A stretch of DNA of 64,000 bases from Actinomycetota bacterium (GTDB lineage Bacteria; Actinomycetota; Acidimicrobiia; Acidimicrobiales; UBA10347), in assembly GCA_039028435.1 (NCBI GenBank), contig JBCCIC010000001.1, forward strand, positions 204,240 to 268,239. The letters are read 5' to 3'. Shown in pieces: positions 44,423-54,213 of this stretch. The notes beneath the pieces are model-generated. The model was given only the letters and a program-made list of their open reading frames with translations. It had not been told where the DNA came from and did not search any database. Position 1 is the first letter of the stretch. Every line of letters begins with the position of its first letter. Made by a program: the position numbers and the translations under genes.

Positions 44423-45010
44423 ATGGGAACCTTCGCCGAAGGCATCGAGAGCATCCGCCTGGCCTGCAGTTTGGTCCTGCTGATCCCTGCCCTCGGCATC
44501 GTGTTGTTCGGGCGCCGACGTCGGGTGCTCGTGCCGACGTGGATCGCGACGATGACGCTGGTCGCATGGCTTCGATTCGTCGGGTGGTGGGAGCTCGAAC
44601 CATCCGGCTTCCTCCACGTGCTTGCCGGCATCGTCCTGCTCGGCCTCGCCATCGCCGCTTGGCAGCGCGATGACACCGCGACCGATGTCGCGACGACGGC
44701 GCTTGCGGCAACGATCGCCGCCTGGACTTGGGTGCCGTGCGTCGGGCGCCACCTCGGCGAGATCCTCAATGCCGCCCGCGCCGAACCGTGGCGTCAGCTA
44801 CCTCCGACCGTCGCGTTCATGGTCGGGCTGTCGATTCCGCTGGTGGTGCTGGCCGCGCTCGACGTCGCAGCACCACAACTCGGCGAGCGGCTCGACCACC
44901 GATTCGTGCGAATCGGTGGGCTGGCGATCGTGGCGGTCGTGGGCGGGCTTGTGTCGGTCACCCTCTTCGACGATCTCGCCGGCGAACTCGCCCGCCGGAG
45001 CTCGTTCTAG
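44423..45010 (+). CDS. CcdA/DsbD-like membrane thiol-disulfide electron transporter (tentative)
   Basis: Six hydrophobic helices, with Cys in TM1 (RLACSLV) and WVPCVG in a later helix. It follows a TlpA-like gene, as in ccdA-resA arrangements. Confidence 0.5.
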   Translation: MGTFAEGIESIRLACSLVLLIPALGIVLFGRRRRVLVPTWIATMTLVAWLRFVGWWELEPSGFLHVLAGIVLLGLAIAAWQRDDTATDVATTALAATIAAWTWVPCVGRHLGEILNAARAEPWRQLPPTVAFMVGLSIPLVVLAALDVAAPQLGERLDHRFVRIGGLAIVAVVGGLVSVTLFDDLAGELARRSSF

Positions 45011-45064
45011 TCACGGAGACCGGCGGTCGCGCCGATCCGCGGCTGCTCGAAAGAAGGCTGCCGG

Positions 45065-45111
45065 GCTGCGGGTCTTTCATATCTCCCCCTGGTGCATGAA
45101 AGACCCGCAGC
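45065..45111. terminator. Perfect 16-bp-stem hairpin between convergent genes
   Basis: GCTGCGGGTCTTTCAT (45065-45080), a 15-nt loop, then ATGAAAGACCCGCAGC (45096-45111). It lies 55 nt after the CcdA-like stop. There is no clear U-tract. Confidence 0.5.
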
Positions 45112-45260
45112 ACGCTCTCCTGTCCCCCCGGCAGGAGCGATGCCCGAGCAGCTGCGGAGCAGTACAGCCGCGGAAATGGGATACGTCAAGAGGAAGTTTT
45201 CGTCGTGAGTCGAACATCCCAGTTGCGGGATGGAGTTGGCGAGATCGCATCGCCTCCACG

Positions 45261-45752
45261 TCACTCCGGGGCGGGCATGACCTTCGCGAGGTCCTGGACG
45301 ACCTCCGCTCGCGGGTGCGCCGCAAGAGTCACCGGTGGAACCAGGAGCTTGCGGTCGCGACTCCCGCCGCCGATGATCAACCGCTCGCGCTCCATGACCC
45401 GTGCATCGATCCACAGCGGCATCTCGCCGGACACGCCGAAAGGCGTGACGCCGCCGATCATCATTCCGGTCAGCTCGATTGTCTGATCGGCCGAGGCGAA
45501 CGAACACTTGCGGGTGCCGAGCTTCTTGCGCACAACCTTGTTGACGTCGAGCCGGCTGTCCGCCAGCACCAGGCACATCGCAAACACGGGCGGGTCGCTC
45601 TTGCCGACGACGACGATGGCGTTGGCGCTGTCCTCGGCCGAATAGCCGTACGCCTCGCAAAAGGCGGCGGTGTCGGCAAGATCGGGATCACAATCGACCA
45701 ACTCGTAGTCGACGCCCAACCGCTCGAGCTCCTCGATGACGGAATCACTCAT
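45261..45752 (-). CDS. YbaK/EbsC-family aminoacyl-tRNA deacylase domain protein
   Basis: 163 aa: ...SANAIVVVGK...LTGMMIGGVTPFG...PLWIDARV...IIGGGSRDRKL. Confidence 0.7.
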   Translation of the reverse strand: MSDSVIEELERLGVDYELVDCDPDLADTAAFCEAYGYSAEDSANAIVVVGKSDPPVFAMCLVLADSRLDVNKVVRKKLGTRKCSFASADQTIELTGMMIGGVTPFGVSGEMPLWIDARVMERERLIIGGGSRDRKLLVPPVTLAAHPRAEVVQDLAKVMPAPE

Positions 45753-45793
45753 GCTGCGAGGCTAGGGGTCGCGTCGAGGCGCATACTGAAGCC

Positions 45794-46483
45794 ATGTCGA
45801 CCGAAGCAGCCTCCGGGGAGTCGTACGACGAGTTCGTCGACCCGGTCGACGGTCAGCGCTGGTTGATCGACGGTGCGTTTCTCTCCTCGAACTGGACCTG
45901 TATCTGGGACCGAGGTTGTGCGGGCCTGCACCTCGATCCCGCTCCCGACGCACAGCTCGGCTGCTGTTCCGTCGGCGCGCAGCTGCACGATGGCGACGAG
46001 GCGATGCGCATCGGTGCCCTCGGCATGACCCTCGATCCCGAGCGCTTCCAAAACGCAGCCACTGCCGACGAGGGTGGCATTTACAAGGACGAGACCCGCT
46101 CGCATACCCGCGTCGTCGACGGCGCATGCATCTTCCTCAACCGACCGGGATTCGCCGGTGGAGAGGGGTGCGCACTGCATCTCGCAGCGCTCGACGACGG
46201 CGAACCACCGATGGACTACAAGCCGACGATCTGCTGGCAGGCACCGTTCCAGGTCGACACCCTGCCGGACGGCGCCCGACGACTGCGCCCCTGGACGCGA
46301 GAGGACTGGCACGGTGGTGCTGCCGACATGGGTTGGTGTTGCCCTGAGCGCACGCCCGCTCCAGGCCTGGCGACGGCATACGTCGATTCGACCAGCGTCG
46401 CGGACCGGCTTGGCGATGAGCTCCGGGGGATCGTCGGCCCGGAAATCGCCGTCGAGCTGCGGGCCCGCTACGGCAGCGGTTGA
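45794..46483 (+). CDS. Conserved-looking Cys-rich hypothetical protein
   Basis: 229 aa with at least 10 Cys (WTCIWDRGCAG, GCCSVG, GACIFLN, GCALH, TICW, WCCPE) and good codon bias. Family not recognised. Confidence 0.5.
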   Translation: MSTEAASGESYDEFVDPVDGQRWLIDGAFLSSNWTCIWDRGCAGLHLDPAPDAQLGCCSVGAQLHDGDEAMRIGALGMTLDPERFQNAATADEGGIYKDETRSHTRVVDGACIFLNRPGFAGGEGCALHLAALDDGEPPMDYKPTICWQAPFQVDTLPDGARRLRPWTREDWHGGAADMGWCCPERTPAPGLATAYVDSTSVADRLGDELRGIVGPEIAVELRARYGSG

Positions 46484-46487
46484 CGCA

Positions 46488-47711
46488 TCAGGCCGAGGGC
46501 CGAAGAGTTGCCGATCGGATCGTCTCCGGGCTCGACGAGTCGCCGATGACGGCAACCAGCCAAGTGACGGCGACGCCCAGCAGCATGGCCAACGCGACCG
46601 CGGTACCTCCCAGACCGACCCCGCCGCCGACGATGCCAACCACCGCGGCACCGACGATACGACCGGCTCCCTGGGCGATCGCCATGCCGGCCAGGAACGG
46701 GCCCGCCGCGTCGGTCGGCGCCAGGTCGCTTCCGAGGGTCAGCATCGTTCCCGACGCCAAGCCGTTGCCGATGCCCATCACCACTCCGGCAAGGGCGACC
46801 GCACCGGGTGAGCCGGCGACGCTCAGCTGGATCAGCCCCACGATCACCAGTCCGAACGCCGGAACCATCGCATGAAGTCGGCCGAACCGGTCCATCACCA
46901 GTCCCGCGACGGGGAACAACACCAGATCCGCAGCGGTCGAGATGGTCACCAACGCACCGACCTCTGTCGCCGACATGCCCAGTTGGTCGGCGATGAGTGG
47001 AAGGACGATGAACCGGCCCTCACGAGCCGTCATGACCAGCAGCGGCACCGGCGTGGCGAGGGCCAGTCGCCGCCAGTGACGTCGTAGTGCGCCGGCCATC
47101 CCGAGCGACTCCCGCTCGCCCTCGGTGACCTCCGGAAGCAGCTCGAGCGGGCCCCGATCCGACGCAAACGTCGGTCCGAATCCGAGTACGCCGATCAAGG
47201 CCGCGACGAAGAACGTCGACCGGAAGCCGATCAGGTCGACGAGCGCACCACCGAGCAATGGACCGATCAACAACGCGACCCGGTACGACCCGCCGACGAA
47301 CGAGAGCGCTCGCCCCCGTTGGCCGCTCGCGATGCGTCGAGTGATGAACGTCTGACGCGAGAGGCGCAGCGTTGCCGAGGCCATCCCAAACGCGATTCGA
47401 AGCACCAGGAGCAACCAGACGACGTCGGTGAGCCCGGTGAGCGCGGTCGCCACCGCAAGGACAGCGAAGGCCACGAACATCGCCGCACGCTCACCGAAGC
47501 GGCCGAGCAGCTCCCCCGCCGGCGCGCTGCCCGCCATCGATCCAATGCCGACGCCGGCCAGCACCAGCGAGACCTCGCCGAGGCTCAACCCTGAATCGTC
47601 GAGGTAGAGCGGCAGCACCGGGATGAGCATCCCGGTGCCGATCGTGCCGAGGATGATCGGGAGATAGGCGGGCACCACGAGCAAGCGCAGTGTCTCCGCA
47701 GTCGATCGCAC
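46488..47711 (-). CDS. MFS transporter
   Basis: 407 aa, about 12 TM helices, with an MFS loop motif (ITRRIASGQRGRALS). Confidence 0.8.
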   Translation of the reverse strand: MRSTAETLRLLVVPAYLPIILGTIGTGMLIPVLPLYLDDSGLSLGEVSLVLAGVGIGSMAGSAPAGELLGRFGERAAMFVAFAVLAVATALTGLTDVVWLLLVLRIAFGMASATLRLSRQTFITRRIASGQRGRALSFVGGSYRVALLIGPLLGGALVDLIGFRSTFFVAALIGVLGFGPTFASDRGPLELLPEVTEGERESLGMAGALRRHWRRLALATPVPLLVMTAREGRFIVLPLIADQLGMSATEVGALVTISTAADLVLFPVAGLVMDRFGRLHAMVPAFGLVIVGLIQLSVAGSPGAVALAGVVMGIGNGLASGTMLTLGSDLAPTDAAGPFLAGMAIAQGAGRIVGAAVVGIVGGGVGLGGTAVALAMLLGVAVTWLVAVIGDSSSPETIRSATLRPSA

Positions 47712-47720
47712 CGTTCGACG

Positions 47721-48971
47721 CTACCCAGGTCCCCGTCGGCCCGAATCACCGTTGCTGGGCTCGATCGTGCCCGTGTAGCGCGCCCGCGGCCGGAAGCGCA
47801 GCGGCGCCTCGTCGTACTCCTCGATGGCATGAGCCAGCCAGCCCGCGGTTCGAGCGACCGCGAAGATCGTCTCGCCGGCATCGGGTGTCATCCCGGCAAG
47901 CCAGGTGAGCGCGCCGACAGCAAGGTCGATGTTCGGCAAGAGCTCGCGACGCTCGGAGACGACGTCGCGCACCCGAAAGATGTGTTGGAGTCGCGGGTCG
48001 TCGCGCCAGGCCTCGATGACGGCGGCCATCAACGCGGTATAGCGAGGATCCTGCACGCGGTAGACGGAGTGCCCGAAGCCGGGGACCCGCTCGCCGGCGC
48101 GTAGCACGGCGCCGATCGCCTTTGCGGCGTCGCCGGTGCGCTCGACGTCTTCGATCAAGCGATGCACGCCGGCGCTCGCCGCTCCGTGCATCGGGCCTCC
48201 CAACGCGCCGAGCCCCGCGCTCACGACCGAGTACGGATCGGCACGGACCGACGCGGCGATGCGAGCGGCGAAGGTCGAGGCCGCCATCCCGTGATCGACC
48301 ATGAGCGCAAGTGCGACGTCGAGTACTCGGCGTTGGTCCACGGTTGAACGCCGCCGGGTGAGATGGCTCCACAGGACGTCCGGGAGTGGCCGGGCCCGAC
48401 CTCGGGACGAGGCGGGCGCGCCGGCGAGCCCATGGACCATCGTGGTGATCATGCGACGCCCGGCCGCCCGCACGCCGCCGGGCGAAAGATCGTGACGAAG
48501 CGGGTCGGTCGCTGAGGTCAGCGCAACGATGACGCGCAGTGCATCGAGGCCATCGAGGTCGGTCCCCCATGACTCGCCGAGATCCTCGACCAGCAGTTCG
48601 CGGGTGGACGGCCATGATTCGCCGTCCGGTGCATCCCAGAGGTGTTCGACGACCTCAACGAAGCCCATACCGCTCTGCACCAGATCGACGAGCGGGATGC
48701 CGCGGACCAGCAGGCCTTGGTCATCGACCCGGGTGATCGCCGTCGCGATCACCGTTCGCAGCTCGCCCTCGGTGCGGTCCCGGCGGCCCCGCCGCAGCGC
48801 ATCGAGCTCGGCGGGATCGAAGAGGCTCGATCGACCGTCCATGGCCACCGTGCGATGAAGCAGGCCGCGGCTCACATACGCATAGAGGGTCGCCGGCTTG
48901 ACGCCGAGTCGGGCGGCGGCATCCCGGGTGGACAGCAGTCCCTGGTCGATCGGGACCCCGCCGTCGCTCAT
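47721..48971 (-). CDS. Citrate-synthase-family protein with an N-terminal excisionase/MerR-type HTH
   Basis: The N-terminus LSTRDAAARLGVKPATLYAYVSRGLL is followed by a citrate synthase fold. The equivalents of the catalytic His/His/Asp blocks are present (GGPMHGAAS, GFGHSVYRVQDPR, PNIDLAVG). Confidence 0.7.
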   Translation of the reverse strand: MSDGGVPIDQGLLSTRDAAARLGVKPATLYAYVSRGLLHRTVAMDGRSSLFDPAELDALRRGRRDRTEGELRTVIATAITRVDDQGLLVRGIPLVDLVQSGMGFVEVVEHLWDAPDGESWPSTRELLVEDLGESWGTDLDGLDALRVIVALTSATDPLRHDLSPGGVRAAGRRMITTMVHGLAGAPASSRGRARPLPDVLWSHLTRRRSTVDQRRVLDVALALMVDHGMAASTFAARIAASVRADPYSVVSAGLGALGGPMHGAASAGVHRLIEDVERTGDAAKAIGAVLRAGERVPGFGHSVYRVQDPRYTALMAAVIEAWRDDPRLQHIFRVRDVVSERRELLPNIDLAVGALTWLAGMTPDAGETIFAVARTAGWLAHAIEEYDEAPLRFRPRARYTGTIEPSNGDSGRRGPG

Positions 48972-50095
48972 GTGAAGCGGGGAATGACCTCGGACGCAAA
49001 GAGGTCCAGGCTCCGCAGGTTCACATCGCGGTCGTGGATGCCTTGCGGGATCAGCAGGAACAGCTCATGCGGGTTGAAGCGCTGTTGGGCGGCGTCGATC
49101 TTGGCCGAGATCGTGTCGGGTGTGCCGATCAGCAGCTCGGGAAGCGGGTTGCCGAACGGAATCGACCAGCGGTTCCAGAACCACTCGTAGTCGACCATCA
49201 GCTCCTCGGCTTCGGCATCGGTCTCGGTGCAGATCATGATCCCGCCCCACGCGGCTTCGTCGCCTGCAGGGATCTCGATGCCGGCCTCCGCGGCCGTTTC
49301 GGCCGACTTCTTCCACACCACATCACAAAAGTCGAGATCGCCGGCCATCACGATCGGACGGCCGCCTCGCTGCGCCCAGAACTGCGTGGTCCGGACCGAC
49401 GCGCTGAAGCCGCCATAGATCCGGGGGTGCGGATCCTGCAACGGCCTCGGTGCGATGCCTACCTCGGTGATGTTCATGTCCGCATCGACGCCTTGACCGA
49501 AGTCGGTGTACACGCTGTGCGGATGTGGGTTGCGAAAGTCCTCGGGCGGGAACTGCCAGTACTTGCCCTGGTAGGAGAACATCGGCTCGCGCAGCGCCGT
49601 CAGGACAATGTCGACGAACTCGGTGAAGTACTCCCGGTTCATCTCGTCGACCGGGGTGTTCTTGTTCCACGGACCGACCGCATTCAGATCGGGCCGGATC
49701 TTGAAGTTCTCTACCCACCGGTGCTGGTACCCGCGCACGAGCCCCACGGCGAACCGTCCCTGGTGCATGTGGTCGAGGGTGGCGATGTTCTCGGCGGTGC
49801 GTAGCGGGTTGTGCGTCGTCGACACGAAGCCGCACGTGATCGTCCGCATCCGCTTCGTGTGACGACCGATCCACATGGACATGAGGTTCGGGTCGTTCGA
49901 GATCTCGAAGCCTTCGACCTGCAGGTGGTGCTCCGGGTGGCCCATCCCGGCGTAGCCGGCTTGGTCGCAGAAGGTCACATACTCCGCGATCTCGTCGAGC
50001 ATGCGCTGATAGAGCCGACCGTCGAGGCCCGCACTGCCGGCCTCGAGCTCCTCGCGGCGTCCGATCGTGCAGTACATGAAGAGGTTGAAGTCCAT
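48968..50095 (-). CDS. Luciferase-like monooxygenase (LLM) family flavin-dependent oxidoreductase
   Basis: MDFNLFMYCTIGRR...GMGHPEHHLQVEGFE...VGLVRGYQHRW. The ATGA-type 4-nt overlap with the downstream gene suggests co-translation. Confidence 0.7.
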   Translation of the reverse strand: MDFNLFMYCTIGRREELEAGSAGLDGRLYQRMLDEIAEYVTFCDQAGYAGMGHPEHHLQVEGFEISNDPNLMSMWIGRHTKRMRTITCGFVSTTHNPLRTAENIATLDHMHQGRFAVGLVRGYQHRWVENFKIRPDLNAVGPWNKNTPVDEMNREYFTEFVDIVLTALREPMFSYQGKYWQFPPEDFRNPHPHSVYTDFGQGVDADMNITEVGIAPRPLQDPHPRIYGGFSASVRTTQFWAQRGGRPIVMAGDLDFCDVVWKKSAETAAEAGIEIPAGDEAAWGGIMICTETDAEAEELMVDYEWFWNRWSIPFGNPLPELLIGTPDTISAKIDAAQQRFNPHELFLLIPQGIHDRDVNLRSLDLFASEVIPRFT

Positions 50096-50171
50096 CGCAT
50101 CCCCCAAGAGCGTTCGGAACTCCAGCGTAGGAAGCTCGATCGCAGCGGTTCGCATCGTCGGAGCGCGGTGG

Positions 50172-50201
50172 CGTTGAGTGAATCAACGTTGACTTGATCA
50201 A
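50172..50201. promoter_or_regulatory. Two adjacent TTGA-N5-TCAA palindromes in a divergent promoter region
   Basis: CGTTGAGTGAATCAACG (50172-50188) and TTGACTTGATCAA (50189-50201). They lie in an A/T-rich patch between the LLM operon (minus strand) and citrate synthase (plus strand). Confidence 0.4.
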
Positions 50202-50238
50202 TATTGTCAACATACCCGCCATCGGGCAACGTAAGTCC

Positions 50239-51363
50239 ATGAATCTCATCGCTCCTCCAGGGCTCAAAGGCCTCGTCGTCGCCGACACCGAGATCGGTTC
50301 GGTACGTGGCGACGAAGGCTTCTTCCACTACCGCAATCGCAATGCGGTCGACGTAGCCCGCCACTCCACCTTTGAGGCTGCCGTGTCGCTGCTGCTCGAC
50401 GGCGCGCTGCCCGACGCCGCCGCGGAGAGCGCGATGCGCTCGGAACTCGCCGCTGCCCGCGCCATCGACGCAACACAGATCGAGGCGCTGGTAACCGTCT
50501 TCGAGCGGTGTGATACGCCCCTCGCGGCGTTGCGCGCGGCCTATGCGCTGTTGATCGACGACACACCCAGCCTCGACCTCGCAGCACCCGAGCGGCGCGC
50601 TCGGGTGATCCGAGCGATCGGGGTCACGCCGACCGTGCTCGCCGCCTTTCACCGCACGACCGAGGGCCTCCCGATCCTGGCCGCCGACCCGGGACTTGGT
50701 CATGCCGCCGACTACGTCCGACTCGTCACGGGTGCGACCCCGGCGCCACGGTTGGCACGCGCCGTCGAGACGTATCTGCTGCTCACCGCCGACCATGGGT
50801 TCAACGCCTCGACGTTCACCGCCCGGGTGATCACCAGTACCGGGGCCGGCCTGAGCAGCGTCTACTGCGGTGCGGTCGGGGCGTTGTCGGGGCCGCTGCA
50901 CGGCGGCGCGCCCAGTCGGGTGCTGGACATGATCCATGCGATCGGCAACCCAGCGAACACCGAGTCATGGGCTCGGGCCGAACTCGAAGCCGGCAACAAA
51001 CTGATGGGCTTCGGCCACGCCGTGTATCGGGCCGACGACCCGCGTTCGCTCCTGCTGCGAGAGATTGCCATCGGCCTGGGCGGGGACCTCGTCGCACAGG
51101 CCCAAGAGATCGAGGAGCGCATGTTGCGCTTCCTCGCGGCGTGGAAGCCGGAGGCCACGATCGTCACCAACGTCGAGTTCTATGCGGCGGTCGTCCTCCA
51201 TCTGGCCGGGCTCTCACAAGACATGTTCACACCCACCTTTACGACGAGCCGAGTGGTCGGTTGGGGCGCGCATGCGCTGGAGCAAGCCGCCAACAACAAG
51301 ATCATGCGCCCCGCGGCGCGCTACGTCGGCCCCGAGATCGAGACCGCGAGCAGCGTCGCCTAG
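50239..51363 (+). CDS. Citrate synthase / 2-methylcitrate synthase family enzyme
   Basis: GLKGVVVADTEIGSVRG, SGPLHGGAPSRV, GFGHAVYRADDPR and NVEFYAAV. Confidence 0.8.
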   Translation: MNLIAPPGLKGLVVADTEIGSVRGDEGFFHYRNRNAVDVARHSTFEAAVSLLLDGALPDAAAESAMRSELAAARAIDATQIEALVTVFERCDTPLAALRAAYALLIDDTPSLDLAAPERRARVIRAIGVTPTVLAAFHRTTEGLPILAADPGLGHAADYVRLVTGATPAPRLARAVETYLLLTADHGFNASTFTARVITSTGAGLSSVYCGAVGALSGPLHGGAPSRVLDMIHAIGNPANTESWARAELEAGNKLMGFGHAVYRADDPRSLLLREIAIGLGGDLVAQAQEIEERMLRFLAAWKPEATIVTNVEFYAAVVLHLAGLSQDMFTPTFTTSRVVGWGAHALEQAANNKIMRPAARYVGPEIETASSVA

Positions 51364-51731
51364 TCCGAGTGCAGCCGTCGGGCGAAGCTGAGTTCGTGAC
51401 CGTCCGGGTCACGGATGTGGAAGTACCGCTCGCCCCACGGGGCATCCGAAGGCGCGAACTCCGGTGCGTGGCCTGCCGCGATGGCGGTGTCATGAACAGC
51501 ATCAGGTGAGTCGACATGAAAGATCACGCGTCCCCATCCGACGCCCGGCTCGACACCCGTGTGCTGGAGGTTCACGAAGTTCGATCCGATCTTGAGCGAT
51601 GTGAAAGTCGAATCGGGGCCGCCGTAGGCGATCTCGAAGCCGAGGTCGGTGTAGAAGCCGACCGACGTCGTCATGTCGGTGATCACCACGGTGATCGCAT
51701 TGATCTCGGTCGCCACGGTCGGCTCATTCAC
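51360..51731 (-). CDS. VOC (glyoxalase/bleomycin-resistance) family protein
   Basis: ITVVITDMTTSVGFYTDLGFE...HVDSPDAVH...PWGERYFHIRDPDGHELSF. The GTG start overlaps the cupin stop by 8 nt. Confidence 0.7.
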   Translation of the reverse strand: MNEPTVATEINAITVVITDMTTSVGFYTDLGFEIAYGGPDSTFTSLKIGSNFVNLQHTGVEPGVGWGRVIFHVDSPDAVHDTAIAAGHAPEFAPSDAPWGERYFHIRDPDGHELSFARRLHSD

Positions 51732-52077
51732 CGAGGTGGATGAACAGGCACGTCCGCTGCTCGCCACCGACGTTGCGGCTGATGTGGCCCTGGCCGGTCG
51801 TGTCCTCGGCGAGGAGGATCGAGCCGGGCCCGAGCACCCGTGACTCGCCGGATCCGACCTCGATCTCCACCGAGCCAGTCAGGTTCACGACCAGTTGACG
51901 ACGCGGCGCACAGTGGAAGTCGAGCAGGTAGTCGCCGCCCACCTCGCGGAACTGCACCTTGGTCGCCGACCACGGGTCGGACAACATGCCCATCATCTCG
52001 TAGTCACGCATGTCGACCGCGACGTCCTCGAAGTGCGAGTGGCCGTCCTCGCCGGTGTAGATCCGAGTCACCTGCAT
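51724..52077 (-). CDS. Cupin-domain protein
   Basis: 117 aa with a small beta-barrel pattern (HCAPRRQLVVNLTGSVEIEVGSG...GHISRNVG). Confidence 0.55.
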   Translation of the reverse strand: MQVTRIYTGEDGHSHFEDVAVDMRDYEMMGMLSDPWSATKVQFREVGGDYLLDFHCAPRRQLVVNLTGSVEIEVGSGESRVLGPGSILLAEDTTGQGHISRNVGGEQRTCLFIHLGE

Positions 52078-52107
52078 GCGGCGACACTACCGCCGCGGCC
52101 GCGCCGC

Positions 52108-53396
52108 TCAGGAGTCGAGCGCCTCGGCGCGGGCACGGGCCAGGCGTTGGCTCACACCCTGCGGCAGCGCGTCGTTGTTGGTCAGCGCAATCAGCACATC
52201 GCCGGAATCGGGATCGATGATGGCGTTGGACAGAAACCCCGCATTCCCACCGTTGTGTCCGAGCCACGGGCCCCCGGCGTGCGGCTGCGCAAGGATGCCA
52301 AGCCCATAGCCGAAGCCTTCGAGGGCCTGGCCGCTCGGGCCAGTCGTCATCGCTTGCAGGAGCTCGGGCGAAAGGAGCCGTCCGCCGAGCAACGCACGGA
52401 GGAACGTGGCCAACTCTGGTGCCGTCGACACGAGCGATCCGTCTGACCACCCGGTGTGCACTCGGCGGTAGTCGATGTCGGGTTCGCCCTCGAAGTCGGC
52501 GAGCCCCGACCATGGGGCGGCCAGACCTTCGGGGTCTGGCACCTCGGCGACCGCGTAGCGGGTGATTTCGAGCCCGAGCGGTTCGTTGATCCGTGCGATC
52601 AGCGACTGATTCAGGGAGCGACCCTCGACCGATTCGATGAGCGCACCAAGCAAGAAGTAGCCGGTGTTCGAGTACGCAAACTGATCCGGTGTCGTGCCGA
52701 AGATGCGACTCGCCAACTCGAGCACCTCGTCGACACCGAGCTCGGTCGGTTCCGCGGACCCCATCATCATCGAGAGGAACGCCGGGTTGTTCGTGTAGTT
52801 CGCAATGCCGGAAGTGTGCGAAAGCGCTTGGCGGACGGTGGCGTCGCCGATCAGTGGAAGTTCGCCGAGGTAGGCCGACAGCGGCGCGTCCAGATCGACG
52901 GCTCCCTCCTCGACCAGCTGCAGAACGATCGTCGCCGTGAACATCTTCGACACCGAACCGACCCGCATCGGCGTGTCCGGCGCCAAGAGACGCCCCTGTT
53001 GTCCGCAGCGCCGAAGGCGACGCCGATGTCCTCACCGTTCGCACTGACAAGCACGATCAGACCGCCTGGCCGTGCACCCACCGCGCTCTCGACGATGTCC
53101 TCGACCTCCTCACGCAGTGCTACCGGATCGACCTCAGCCACGTCAGACGCGGGCGACGCCGTGACCGCTGGGGTGGACGTGGGCTCAGGCTCTGGCGTCG
53201 CAGGCGCCGTGGGCTCGGCGGTCGGTGTTGGATCCTGCGCGGCGGTCGGAGTTCGGGTCACGGCCGCAGTTGCGTTCCCGGCTTCGGCGATCTCCGCGGG
53301 ACCGGCCGACTGACACGAAGTTGCCACCGCCGCGATCGCAACAGCCAAGGCCGACCAACGACTGCGTCGCCGCCGTCCTGGTCCGCCGAGACCCAT
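52108..53396 (-). pseudogene. Serine hydrolase of the beta-lactamase/transpeptidase family (lipoprotein), interrupted by a 1-nt frameshift
   Basis: The N-terminal part (lipobox VATSC, ...LIVLVSANGEDIGVAFGAADNRG) is in ORF 52851..53543. The catalytic part (LLAPDTPMRVGSVSKMFTA...) is in ORF 52108..52986. The frames meet at the C4/G4 run at 52993-52996. Confidence 0.6.
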
Positions 53397-53415
53397 GTGC
53401 ACCAGACTGCCACAC

Positions 53416-54198
53416 ATGATCGATCTCTCGGGCAAGGTTGCCCTCGTGACAGGCGCAAGCCGCGGCATCGGCGAGTCCATCGCCCGGACCCTCGACGCAG
53501 CGGGAGCGCAGGTGCTGCTGAACAGTCGCCGCGAGGCCGACATCGCCGCGGTCGCGGCCGACCTCGCGAACGACCCTCGCGTCTATCCGACCGACCTCGG
53601 AGTGGCCGGTGCGGGCACGGAGCTGGCCGAGCAGGTCGTGACCGATCACGGCGGTGTCGACATCCTCGTCAACAATGCCGGCATCGCCATGCGACGCACC
53701 CCGGACCAACTCACCGAGGCCGACGTCGACCAGGTCTTCAACATCAATGTGCGCGGCCTGCTCATGCTGACGGTCGGACTCGGCGACGCCTTCATCAAAC
53801 GAGGTGGCGGCTCGGTCATCAACATCTCCTCGGTCGCCGGACTTGCCGGGCCGATGGGGCGCGTCGCGTATGCGGGCACCAAGGGCGCCGTCGACGCCAT
53901 GAGCCGAGCCCTGGCCGCCGACTGGGGGCGCCACGGAATCCGGGTCAACTCGATCGCACCGGGCCTGATCGTGACCGACATCTGGCGCGAAAGCCTCGAC
54001 ACGATCGACGGGCTACGCGAGAACCTGCAGAGCGGCATTTCGATGCGGCGCTGGGGGGAGGGCGACGACATCGCGGGTGCGGTCTTGTGGCTGGCATCGG
54101 ATCTGTCCAGCTACGTGACCGGCGAGACGATCGCCGTCGACGGCGGCCTCGCCAGAGTGCGAGGCGGCGGAACGGCACCCGAAACCGAACGCCGCTGA
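53416..54198 (+). CDS. SDR-family oxidoreductase (FabG-like)
   Basis: MIDLSGKVALVTGASRGIGESIA, NNAG and YAGTKGAV (YxxxK). Confidence 0.85.
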   Translation: MIDLSGKVALVTGASRGIGESIARTLDAAGAQVLLNSRREADIAAVAADLANDPRVYPTDLGVAGAGTELAEQVVTDHGGVDILVNNAGIAMRRTPDQLTEADVDQVFNINVRGLLMLTVGLGDAFIKRGGGSVINISSVAGLAGPMGRVAYAGTKGAVDAMSRALAADWGRHGIRVNSIAPGLIVTDIWRESLDTIDGLRENLQSGISMRRWGEGDDIAGAVLWLASDLSSYVTGETIAVDGGLARVRGGGTAPETERR

Positions 54199-54213
54199 AC
54201 CCGCCAGCCCGCT

